A DNA stretch of 53,572 nucleotides, taken from contig NC_068984.1 of the NCBI RefSeq assembly GCF_001194135.2, positions 1,247,789 through 1,301,360 of the forward strand. Direction: 5' to 3'. This stretch comes from Octopus bimaculoides (taxonomy: Eukaryota). The notes beneath the pieces were generated by a model that saw nothing but the letters and a program-made list of their open reading frames with translations, did no database searches and was not told the DNA's origin. Within the stretch, counting starts at the first letter, position 1; each line of letters starts with the position of its first letter. A program made the translations under genes and the position numbers. Shown piece by piece: positions 38,182 to 49,283 of the stretch.

Positions 38182-38187
38182 GAGAGT

Positions 38188-38273
<86 letters not shown>

Positions 38274-38375
38274 AAGAGAGAGAGAGAAAGAGAGAGAGAG
38301 AAAGAGAGAGAGAGAAAGAAAGAGAGAAAGAGAGAGAAAGAGAGAGAAAGAGAGAGAGAAAAAGAGAGAGAGAAG
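38087..38375. repeat. (GA)n / GAGAGAGAAA microsatellite
   Basis: Visible in the sequence; source of the SLSL/ERER ORFs. Other GA, CA and AT tracts lie near 33180-33330, 35070-35177, 37440-37515 and 39190-39280. Confidence 0.96.
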
Positions 38376-39188
38376 CACCTATGGCAGCTACATTTTGGCT
38401 GGTAAGAAAGTGAGAAGAAAGAATAACATGGATGCCAGCTGAAGATGAACAGACACACACCCACACACGTGTGTGTGTGTGGGTGTGTGTGTGTAGCAAG
38501 AGATAGTATCACATTGTATCTATCCCTATTCAATTTCCACCTCTTACCAACACCCATTCTTCACAGTTACCCTTCACTCTCTCTCTCTCTCTCTCTCTCC
38601 CTCTGATTATTCTGTCTTTACCAACACTCTCTCACTTCCACTACTCCCTCTCCTCCTCCTATCACTCCCTCTACTATCACCATATTACTTAAGCTGTTTC
38701 TATTTAACCTCCTTACCAACAATCAACATGTAGCTCTCCTTCTCCCTCCCTCCCTCTCTCTCTCACCCTCTTCTACCTTCCACTCTGGCTTCTCACATCA
38801 CTAATCCTTCAATCCACCCCACCTCTATTTCTCTGACCATCTTCCATTACACACACACACTCTCTCTCTCTCTCTCGTAAATAAACACAGAAACAATAGA
38901 GAAGAGACGACTTCATTTTACCGACCACCTCTCTAGTTCTGGGGCCACAAAAGACTGTATTGAAGACTTCCTGTACAGTGAGTGGTTGGCAAGTGAAATG
39001 AGTCAACATGGCACAGAGAGAAGTCTTTAGTTTTCCAATTTGGGTGGCACTCTGTAAAAAGGAAGAGGATGTCCAAAAGGAGATCCAGCTGTAAAAACTG
39101 AAATGGAATGGATGCGAGAAACGTAGGTTTTGATCCATCCAAGAGGACAGTAAATCTAAATAAGAACCAATGAGAACTATCATGGCCC

Positions 39189-39234
<46 letters not shown>

Positions 39235-40255
39235 AGAGAGAGAGAGGGAGAGAGAGATAGAGAGAGAGAAGGAGAGGGAAAATAACAATGCAGGAGACAT
39301 TGATGGCACCAGTCTGGAAAAGCTGTTGAATTCCATAGCATCACCTTTCTTCGACTTACTAATTAGCAAAAGGTAAATACCAAAATAGTAACAGCCTTCA
39401 ACATCTCACTTCTTGTTATAATGTCCCTCTTTTCCTGTGAGGTATTAGCTGGATAGTGAAACCATATTGACATTCAGCCCAATCTTTGATGCCAATTATC
39501 TTCATATCTGACCACTACTTCTAGTCTTCTCTGCCATAATTACCTTCCAGTGTTTCTCCCACCTCCCCACCCAATCATTCACATAACATGTTTCAACACA
39601 ATCGTCTCTCTTCTACCAATGAACTGATGCCTCCAGTGCCTAGCACTCTTTTTCAAGCAATATTGCATTCCACATAAAACAGATCAAGTTTATTTTACTT
39701 CTCGGTTCTGTTCCACATTCAATGACCATATCTCACTGTCATGCAGTAGCACAAACCTTACACAGAATTCATACAATGAAGATTAACTATCTTCATCTCT
39801 CTTCCTAGCTAAATCACTGTTCTTTTTTAATTGTTCTGAGATTGTTTCCACATAAACCTTTTTCTAGAACCCTTCTGGACTTCCAAAGTCTCACATTCTT
39901 GCTCCATTGTATGTTGATTTTATCATACCACATGAAATGCTCAGCTAAGTTTAAGAAATTTCTCTAGCTTTTAATCACTCATCATTCTCTTCTTGTAATA
40001 CAAACATACTTACGTGTGACGCTAATGTGTATTTTGAGCTAAAATAACTTTATGGCTTATAATTCTTTAAATTTTTCAATTTGACCACTTCCATACTTTG
40101 CTATGATCCTCACCTCTCTAAAGGCCTCAAGTCCCTCTCTATCTCTTTCTATATCTTTCTATCTCTTGTGTGTGGTCATTGCTTGTTTGAGATGCACCCA
40201 CCCATTCCCACACCCACCACCAATATCAGAAACACTGACAGGGCTCTGCCTCACT

Positions 40256-41039
40256 TCTGTACCAGAAGACTTGCTACATGGCAGTGAAACATGGGTCGTG
40301 ACAGCCAAGGACATGTGTAGGCTTGGAAGAAATGAAGCCAGTATGTTTCATTGGATGTGTAATGTCAGTGTGCATGTATGACAGAGTGTAAATGTCTTGA
40401 GAGAACAGTTGGGCATAAAAAGCATCAGATGTGGTGTGCAAGAGAGACAACTGTGTTGGTATGGTCATGTGATGCGTATGGACGAGGACAGCTGTGTAAA
40501 GAAGTACTGATCTCTGTGGAGGGGAACCCATGGTAGAGGTAGGCCCAGAAAGACATGGGACGAAGTGGTGAAGCGTGATCTTCGAACTTTGAGCCTCAGA
40601 GGCAATGACTAGTAACCGATACTTTTGGCAATGTGCTGTGCTTGAGAGGACCCATCAAGCCAAGTGCACTCGTGCTGGTGACATGTAATGAACACCTTTT
40701 GAGCATTGGGCCTCATGGAGGCAAAGTGGCCTATCTCCTTTCAAGTGTTGGACCTCACGGAGGCAATGACCAAGACCTTTGGCATTACGTCATGCTTGAG
40801 AAGAAGACCCATCAAGCCAAGCAAAATCGCAGTCATGGCAGACACAGGTGTCATGCTGGCGGCACGTAAAAGACACCCATTACACTCTCAGAGTGGTTGG
40901 CATTAGGAAGGGCATCCAGCCATAGAGATCATGCCAAATCAGACTGGAGTCTGGTGCAGCCTCCCAGTGTACCATCCCAGTCAAACCATCCAACCCATGC
41001 CAGCATGGACAATGGACATTAAGCGATGATGATGATGAT
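40256..41039 (+). mobile_element. 5'-truncated RTE LINE 3' end with UTR and (GAT)n tail
   Basis: LLHGSETWVVTAKDMCRLGRNEASMFHWMCNVSVHV...YGHVMRMDED...GRGRPRKTWDEVVK, then the UTR ending ACATTAAGCGATGATGATGATG. Confidence 0.92.
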
Positions 41040-41148
41040 AATGATATAACCCTAACTCCCCTCAGGAAATTTGAACTCAAAACCTTTACACACAAGACTT
41101 TCACAACATTCTCATTCACAAGGACAAAGTCTATATTCAATGACTTAC

Positions 41149-41198
41149 CATGGAACTCAGTCAGTCTTTGTTCTAGAACATAAAACTCTTGATAGCGC
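41149..41198 (-). CDS. SNX14: SNX14 coding exon, PX RRY motif
   Basis: ttttgcag| acceptor, |gtaagt donor, 50 nt. Encodes (R)RYQEFYVLEQRLTEFH(G), nearly identical to human RRYLEFYVLESKLTEFHG. Confidence 0.97.
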
Positions 41199-41780
41199 CT
41201 GCAAAAGAGTTGCAAGATGTAAGAGAGAATGAAACAACAAACACAACCTTTAAATTGGTTCTTCCAGAACACAATTTCAGAAATGCTGCTTAAACATAAA
41301 AGACACATCAACAGCCATTTTTAAAAGAAATGAAGAAAATTAGAATTAAAACTAAAATAAGTTGATAAACTTTGTGAAATTTAATTCTATTCTTTTAAAA
41401 TTCTTTTATTTCACACAAATCTAAGATATTTCAAGGCTAAGTCTTTGCAAAAATAAAGAAAAAAAGATTATTTAAATGAGTGGCTGATAATAATTGATCT
41501 TAACCAGAAAACAGAGTTAAGGGAAAATAAAATGGAAATTCATAATTTCAATCCATTTTAGAAAAGTTTTCAAAGAATAAATGAAACTTCCACAACTTCA
41601 TTCTCTAAGAACTTCCTGCAGCATTTTGAGTTCCATATAAAAGTGATAAAGAATTAAAAAAACAGCCAAACCAAATGCATGACCTGTTACTACCCTCTTT
41701 TAAAAAAGTTTTTGTTTTAATAAACATTGTATTAAGATTTTCTTTTAATAAATGATTCTGAATATAATGAAAGCACATAC

Positions 41781-41814
41781 CTAGCAACAGTCCAACTTGC
41801 CTTTTGAGATCCAT
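41781..41814 (-). CDS. SNX14: SNX14 coding exon, PX domain
   Basis: tttccag| acceptor, |gtatgt donor, 34 nt, phase 1 to 2. Encodes (D)GSQKASWTVA(R) (human EHWSVYR). Confidence 0.93.
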
Positions 41815-43010
41815 CTGGAAATTAAAATAGCAATTTACTAATTACTTGTGGATTCAAAGTAGTTTTATTAATTATCTTTCACTTGTTTCAGTCATTATAC
41901 TGTGGCCATGCTGGGGCATCACCTTGAAGAATTATAGTCAAATGAATCAACCCCAAGACTGTTTTTTTTTTTTTAACCGTGGCACTTATTCTATCAGTCT
42001 CTTAGGCCAAACTGCTAAGTTACAGGGACATAAACACACCAGCAACTGTTATCAAGCAGGGGTGGGGGGACAAACACAGACATAAAGACACACACAGAAA
42101 TATATATATACGACGGGCTTCTTTCAGTTTCCATCTACTAAATCCAATCATAAGGCTTTGGTGGGCCTAAGGCTATAGTAGAAGACATTTGCACAAGGTA
42201 CCATACAGTGGGATTGAACCCAGAATCATGTGTGCATTAAGTTCATATAGCATATTTACATTACATTTTGTACAATACAGAAATTTCCTTTTCTAAATAT
42301 ATTTCAGAGACACAAACCACACAACCACACACATAGATAGATAGATTTTAGAAACATTTAGATATTACATATGATATGTGTGAGAAATAAAAGATTTCCA
42401 TATGATGTCTAAATATTTGCCTGAGAAGACACTTTTGGTGAAATCTCTCCAATGTTTGGATGTGCCATTGATAGAGACTTCATGTCTTGGATGAGTGTGG
42501 TAGGCAGGGCCAGCTCAAGGTACCGGCAACTCTGGCAGTTGCCCAGGGAACCATGAGCTAGGAGGCACCAAGGAGGGCATGACGAAGACAGGGAAATTTC
42601 AACAACCATCAGCTTGCACCTGCCAAAGTTCAGCTTGCCTGGGGTACCGGCAAACCTGGTGGCAAGGATGGAATGATGTTAGCGTTAAAAACGCAAACCT
42701 TAGCGGACAATTGTAAATCCCTGTTTGCATATACACAACTTTTATTGTAAATGTATTCTTTTATTAAATGATGTTCAAATATATTTTGTCTCAGTTTTTA
42801 GAGTAAATGTTTGTAAGATATCCAAATATTACTGGAGATATTCAGAAGACTTCAAGAGAAGTCTTCTGAATATCTCAAAATAACACTTTAATATAAATAA
42901 TTGGGATTCAGATGAATCAGGTACTTAAGTTGAAACACCAAAAATTAGTGCGGTATTATTTGTACACTTTCAAAATAAGGTGAATAAAATCAAAATAAGC
43001 AACAGGATAT

Positions 43011-43575
43011 CCAGAGGTGATGTAGTACGACCGTTTCAAGCAGCTCCATTTAATTGAACAATGCAATCATTACATCAATTTAAATGCAGAGCAATCCTCA
43101 ACTGCATAAATAAACAGAATTTTTTTAATCGGTTGGAGACATTTGTATAATTTTACTTAAATCCTCTAATAGGGTAGGAAGATAGACAAAGTCCATGCTG
43201 TTGTCAGTGACAACAACATGGACTTTGTCTGTCTGTCTTCTTATCCTCTTAGAGGATAAAGACAAAAAACAGTTTATGTTGTCAGGGTCTGGTCATCCTC
43301 CAATGCATGGAATGATAATTCTCCATGTCTTCCCCTATTAGGGGATTTACGTTATTAGAGGACTTAGTCGTCTTACCCTATTAGAGGATGCACTCTGTCT
43401 GTCTTCTTATCCTATTAGAGGATTTTTTTAATCAGTCAGACACATTTGTTTGACGGATTAAAAAAATTCTATTTATTTATGCAGCTGAGGATAGCCCTGC
43501 ATTTAAATTGATGTAATGATTGCATTGTTCAATTAAATGGAACCACTTGAAACGGTCGTACAGCATCACCTGTGG
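43011..43575. mobile_element. Fold-back / MITE-like element with about 180-bp imperfect inverted arms and an internal copy of SNX14 exon sequence
   Basis: The left arm CCAGAGGTGATGTAGTACGACCGTTTCAAG...TTTAAATGCAG matches the reverse complement of the right arm ending CGTACAGCATCACCTGTGG. No clear TSD. Confidence 0.85.
43259..43328 (-). pseudogene. Duplicated, inactivated fragment of the SNX14 PX-start exon (source 43688-43761)
   Basis: 70 nt vs 74 nt, with one 4-nt deletion and four transitions; codon CGG has become TGA. Confidence 0.93.
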
Positions 43576-43649
43576 CTTTAATATAAATATTTTAAAACAT
43601 TTTATTTATTTCCAATTTAATTAAAATTAATTTGCAAAAGTCAACTGAC

Positions 43650-43848
43650 CTTCTGATGAAACATCAACTCTATGAACATCAATGATGAAGACAAAAAACA
43701 GTTTCTTTATGTTGTCAGGGTCTGGCCGTCCTCCAATGCGTGGAATGGTAATTCTCCATGTACTCAAGTCATGGAGAGGACATTCCCAATTTGATGACCA
43801 ATCATAAAAGTTTTCATATGAAATTTCATCTTCAAGAGAACTACAAGA
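43650..43848 (-). CDS. SNX14: SNX14 coding exon, start of PX domain
   Basis: tttttctcag| acceptor, |gtcagt donor, 199 nt, phase 0 to 1. Encodes SCSSLEDE...LHDLSTWRITIPRIGGRPDPDNIKKLFFVFIIDVHRVDVSSE (human NLAAWKISIP...VFCIDVERND). Confidence 0.95.
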
Positions 43849-44707
43849 CTGAGAAAAATACGTCCGTTAGTGACATTCCATACCTTTTGGTCTTTTTATA
43901 TTTTGAACACATTTATAAACAATCACACGTTTGATTTGTATCATCACTCTGCTACATCAACTGCTCCGAAAACAGTCTCTACTCCATTGATTTTGTGAAC
44001 TCTATAATAACCCTAGAGCAATCCAATGTGCCACCTCCTCCTGTCTCCATCCACCACCTCACCACTGACACCTACCTCCCCCACCCCAAAATTATCAACA
44101 CTGATCAATCTTCTTTCCAACAACCACAAACAACAATCATATTAAATGACTAATTAGAGATGATTAACTTTTTAAAATATCAATGATATTTCTAGAAGCA
44201 CTAACTTCATATGTAACTCCAGAAACAATGAACATGCGTTAATTAGCATTCAAAACTAATCCAATAAAACAATTAATGAAACAATACACTAAGACAACCC
44301 CTTGAATCCATGGTTTTATTTGGGTAATATTTTCGAAACCTGTCTGACTCACATTGATACCCTTCTTACACTCTTTTGAATTGATTTTCCCCTGACAAAC
44401 AACGGGGATTAGTGAAGAAATAATTCCCAACCAGAACTTGTCATATTTGCCAAGGTTAATACACAGTAAAACCATTTTTTTGTCATTGAAACAATCAGGG
44501 TTTTTTGCCTGAATCTCATCTCTCACTTTCCTATCATCATCATCATCATCATCATTAATAAATATAAAACAAACTGGAAAATAATGAGAAGAGAAATAAT
44601 TTATGAATGGAGTGGCAGGGGGAGGTGGGCTAACAAGGTATTTATTAATCAAAATATAAAAGATACAAACTTTCAAAAAGTGTTTTGAGATTTTGAATAA
44701 TGTTTAG

Positions 44708-45690
44708 AAGATACTAAACTGCTCTGTGTTAACCGAAAATATTAAACTGTTTTGTGGTAGTAGAAGATATTAAACAGTTTTGTGTTTACAAAAGTTGAAC
44801 AACTCTATGTTAAAAGACATTAAACAATTTTGTGCTAACAGGACATATCAAACTGTCAACAGAAGATATTAAACTGATGTGTTAACAGGAGATATTAAAC
44901 AAAAGATCAGCATCAACGTTTAATGTCTGTCTTCCATGCATGCATGGGTAAGACTGTTGATGGAGCCAGCCAGGTAATATACTACCCCAGGTTATTGTGT
45001 CTGTTTTGGCAGGATTTTTACGGTTGGATGCCCTTCTTAACACCAACCTCTCTGCAGAGTGGACTCAGTGCTTTTTACATGGCACTAGCACAGGTGAGGT
45101 GAGGTCTTGGCATTTTTACAGCTGGATGGCCTTCCAAATGCCAATCACTCTGCAGAGTGGACTCAGTGCTTTTTACATGGCCTTCCAAATGCCAACCATG
45201 TTAGTGTGGACTGGATGCTTTTTACGTGACCCCCAGCACTGGCAGGGTCACCGAGTAACCCACAAGATAAGGAATTATGAGAGAGGCAGGGGCATTTGAG
45301 GAGGGGAATTTGAGTCAGAGGATGAAAGGTTAGAATATGACAGAGAGACAGAAACAGGTGTCTTGCTATAACAGAGGGGGAATTGGAGGAGGTGATCCAG
45401 TATCAAATGATGAAAGTCTAGAGTGTAACAGAGAAATAGAGAGGCAGACACAGAGGAGGTACATGGTTACCGAGCGAGAGAGAGAGAGAGGGGGGAAGGA
45501 AACAGAGAGGGAAAGAGAGGAAAGGAAACAAAGAGAGGAAGGGAGGAAGAAACAAGAAAGAGGACAGAAATAGATATTAAACTATTTTCCCTTAACAGAA
45601 GATATTAAACTGTTTTTGTTTTGTTTTTTCCTTTTTTGTTTTTTTTGAGATTTTAAACTGTTTTGTGTTTACAGAAGATGTGAAACTTTT
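44708..45690. repeat. Degenerate about 27-bp minisatellite (AGAAGATATTAAACTGTTTTGTGTTTAC-like), split by an RTE-tail element at about 44905-45550
   Basis: GATATTAAAC recurs at 44708-44900 and again at 45553-45690. Confidence 0.75.
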
Positions 45691-45696
45691 ACATAC

Positions 45697-45755
45697 GGCA
45701 ATGGTAACTGTGTCAGCATCATCCGTGTTTTCAACTTCAGGAAGTTTGCCTTCAA
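45697..45755 (-). CDS. SNX14: SNX14 coding exon, linker
   Basis: ttacag| acceptor, |gtatgt donor, 59 nt, phase 1 to 0. Encodes (I)EGKLPEVENTDDADTVTIA (human MEGAMLP region); phases fit both neighbours. Confidence 0.88.
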
Positions 45756-45911
45756 CTGTAAGAGAAAATATCAGAAACATAGGATCTAATATTTTTATAT
45801 TCAAAATAACAATGTAATCCTAGATATGCCATAGCCAAGGGAAGGTATGATTATGTCTGCTCAGATAGAGATAAGCTGGGTAAAACACTTGGAGAAAGAG
45901 GACCGGAGGTA

Positions 45912-46543
45912 CAGGGGTGCAATGGGTAAATTGTTGCCATTTTATACATTGTTAATTTCACGCATGTGCATTGTTTGTTTTTGATTTTGTCAACTACATA
46001 GTATAATAGGGTCAGCTGGGCACCATCTGTGAGAAAAACAGCACCATAACACAATTCACTCTGCCAGAAATTTGGAAACGACATGCTGTACCTCCAATAC
46101 AAACATTTCAGAATGTCTGGGTGTTAATCTGAGGACAGTGCAGAGGATTTGGAAAGAGTTGGATGAGTCTAATGGGGATTACGAAGGGACGGCAGCTCGG
46201 AAAACTCCTTCTGATCATTCTGATATGAAAAGAACTCCTGAATTTATTGGTAAGATCCAAGCCATAATTGACAATGATCCTTCCAAGTCAATCAAGTCCA
46301 TTTCCAGGGACATGGGAGTGTCTGAATTTCTTATCAGGCAGGTGGTGCATGAACACATTCTGTATTCCTCATACAAGATGAGAAAGGGCTAATTTTTACC
46401 CCAAGCCATCAAGGGCAAGAGGAAAGACTGTGCTACGAAGCTTTCGAACAAACTCAAGCATCTTCTCCAACCGAACATGCTTTGGTTTTCCTCCGACAAG
46501 AAAAATTTCTGCCAGGATCAGATGGTGAACACACAGAACAACT
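45912..46543 (+). mobile_element. Truncated Tc1/mariner-superfamily transposon (possibly maT/DD37D-like): 5' end, HTH and start of the catalytic domain
   Basis: TA|CAGGGGTG start; ISECLGVNLRTVQRIWKEL...SIKSISRDMGVSEFLIRQVVHE...*...NKLKHLLQPNMLWFSSDKKNFCQDQ. Confidence 0.8.
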
Positions 46544-47137
46544 ATAATTTAGATGACAATTTATTCACTGCATTCTGTATTTATAAGCTTTCTTTGAAAG
46601 CCATCAAGGATCTCATAAGATATACACAATTAATTAACTCAGGATAGCCTTTAAAACACAACCTCCTAATTAATACTGAGTCAATATACAACCTTTTATG
46701 GTTGCACAACTGAACAGCAACTGAACCATCCACTAACTATGTCGCTGACTGGTCAGGTGTGACTGACTTTTATGAACATGAAGATTCTGTTGAAGCTGTA
46801 ATGTCTAACCATCATCGGCCTCACTTGGGAATCAAACCAGATCAATAACTAATGGTTGACAGTGGATTCTGCCACCACAAACCTCACAGGAATATAAACT
46901 GTATAATAATGCTGGGTGGAGGGATAAAGATCGTTTCCTTCAACTGTCATCTACCCAGGTAGATTTCCTTTTCAAACAGAGATAATTACCAAAACATACA
47001 CTCAAGTGTGTCTAAACCAATTTTCCATCAACTGGCACCAAATTTTTCTGTTGAGATAAAATGGTGTCTACAAAGATACAAAGATCTGGCAGCAAAGAGG
47101 TTTCAAACCAACATGATCAGCAATATAACTGACTTAC

Positions 47138-47211
47138 TTGAAGAACTTTTAAATACTTCTTTGATTTTGTTACCAAAGTTAGAGAAACCAAATTCTTTCT
47201 TTTTCTGGGGC
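47138..47211 (-). CDS. SNX14: SNX14 coding exon (first found in window), post-RGS linker
   Basis: Poly-T tract with aaag| acceptor, |gtaagt donor, 74 nt, phase 2 to 1. Encodes PQKKKEFGFSNFGNKIKEVFKSSS, like recalled human SNX14 [24 protein letters not shown]. Confidence 0.93.
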
Positions 47212-48220
47212 CTTTTAAAAGAAAAAAAAAAAGGAAAAATTAATAAAATTAAAATAAAAATAAAAATACAATATTCCACTGCTGTTTACAAAATATGACA
47301 CATTTTTGAACAATTTTCTTTTTTTTAACTTTAATAATGGTTTCTCATAAATATGAAATCTGAGATTTTTTTAAAAAAGAAGGAAAATGAAAATTGAGAG
47401 TTGTTTCTCAAGAAAACTCACATCTGTGATACATGTGAAGTGGAAAGGCTCTTATTAGGAATTAAAACTGAGTTGTGGACTCAGACCCCTAAAGTTCTTA
47501 AATAAAAGACTATGCTAATATATGATACACATTAGTTAAATTAAATTAAATTAAAAACCATTCTGACCCAAATCATTAGTAATACTATGTGCTATTAATA
47601 TTTATAATTTGGGTAAATAGTTTTTAAATTAATTCAATTATGCATCATAATCATATAATTATAATTTAATGACATTTATCCTAATGAAACAACTGTGGAA
47701 CACAAATTATGACTTATATGTGAAATTCATGCTTTTCTGCTTTTAAAAATATTTCATAAAGCCTTGAGATGACATAAGGTCACTGTGGAAGAATTGAAAA
47801 CTTTCACAAGTGTTCAAACCATTTTACTCAAGTTATTTCCACTGCTCTGGGCTTCTCCCATAGTTCATTACTGGTATCCATATTTCCAGACTGAAACCTT
47901 CTAAACCAATTCCCATTGTTGTGGTCTTCTCTCTAGACACTGTGTCAAGGCTTACAGCAGCATTTGTGCTCAAATTTACTTTCCTGTTTGGAAATTAGTC
48001 TCAGTTCTTTGAGCCATCACTGCTAGCAGATCAAGAACTTATAATAATAATTATTATTATTATTATTATTATAGCTTCATTTAAATTAAATCTGAATAAT
48101 TAAGATATAAATATACTAGTAATCATTCATAATGAGCAGCATTTGTCATGATATAAGAGAAAAACTTAATACTGATTATTTTAACATTATATGAATGTAA
48201 CATCAAGTTGTTTGTGTGTG

Positions 48221-48262
<42 letters not shown>

Positions 48263-48744
48263 GGTGTGTGTGTATGAGAATTATTAATTTCATTTCAACA
48301 GCTTGAAACAAAATGGTATAGTTAATGAAATCAATGAACTTGTTAATTAAATTGATTAATTCAAAAAAGCATGAAATGCCAAACAAACATTTAACGAAAA
48401 TCCCTAAAACCCTTAATTGGTTTGGTACAATACTTTTTTGACCAACTCTGGTCACATAACAAACACAACAGTTGTTATATAAAGACAAACACAAATTAAT
48501 TAACATTAAATGATTATCGTTATTTCTTATAAACAGTTGCAAAAGAGCTAAAGGTTATGCCTCAAAGGGCCAAATCGATGATCTAAGTTCAATTTCAGAA
48601 TGAAAGCCACCAAATCACTTACACTGTTAATAAGTTTCAGCAATAAGCATCACACAATCTCTAATGCTCAATATCTTGTGTAAAGCCAGAAATCAATAGT
48701 GTGTGTGTGTGTGTGTGTACACATACACACACATACATCCATAT

Positions 48745-49082
48745 ATACTCTTTACTATACAAATCATTAGAAAAAAATTCCTCATCCACCTTATTCTCCC
48801 GACCCTGCTCCTTCAGACTAGCATTTGTTTTGTAGTTTACAGAATCATTTGGGACACATAACTTTCGCAAGCTTGGAGGAGGTCGAAACTGACATTTCAG
48901 AGTTCTTCGCTTTGAAATCAAAAGAGTTTTACATTGATGGGATTAAAAAACTTGTAAATAGATGGAAGAAAGTCATAGATAATCAGGGAAAGTACATTGA
49001 TGATTAAATTTCAATTAAATATAACATTTGATCACTTGTTTTCTTTATTCAAAATTCGGAAAGAACTTATGAGATGACCTGA
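48745..49082 (+). mobile_element. mariner transposon 3' remnant with right TIR
   Basis: HPPYSPDPAPSD*HLFCSLQNHL...FYIDGIKKLVNRWKKVIDNQGKYIDD*, then TIR-like ...GAACTTATGAGATGACCTGA|TA. Confidence 0.9.
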
Positions 49083-49223
49083 TACATTATTTACATTTGA
49101 TGGATATTTGTCCTCATCTTCTTGTTTGTTGTTAACACATTTCGGCTGATATACCCTCTAGCCTTCATCAGGTATCTTAGGGAAATTTCAAACCTGGGTT
49201 CTCATTCCTAAGGCATTTTTCGA

Positions 49224-49261
<38 letters not shown>

Positions 49262-49272
49262 TCACTGCCTGG
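49083..49272 (-). mobile_element. 5'-truncated copy of the tRNA-head / hammerhead-tail element
   Basis: Reverse complement reads TCCAGGCAGTGACCTGAA(TAA)n...GAATGAGAACCCAGG...CCTGATGAAGGCTAGAGGGTATATCAGCCGAAATGTGTTAAC. Confidence 0.88.
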
Positions 49273-49283
49273 ACATATGCCCA

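Noticed and set aside
37886-38557. Long SLSL/ERER ORFs (also 18569-19295, 38809-39376) and YIYI/CVCV/HTHT ORFs elsewhere
   Set aside because: They arise from dinucleotide microsatellites and N gaps.
42505-42660. GC-rich patch starting CAGGGCCAGCTCAAGG, resembling a hAT terminus
   Set aside because: No matching second TIR or TSD found, so no element can be delimited.
42851-42859. TTCAAGAGA, the common synthetic shRNA loop, inside the perfect hairpin
   Set aside because: No H1/U6 promoter, no T5 terminator and no vector flanks; the stem overlaps the loop. I treat it as coincidence rather than contamination.
44239-44676. 145-aa minus-strand ORF within an SNX14 intron
   Set aside because: It includes a (GAT)n tract, does not resemble SNX14, and is not needed for the reading frame. 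Any resemblance to integrase-like proteins was too weak to support.
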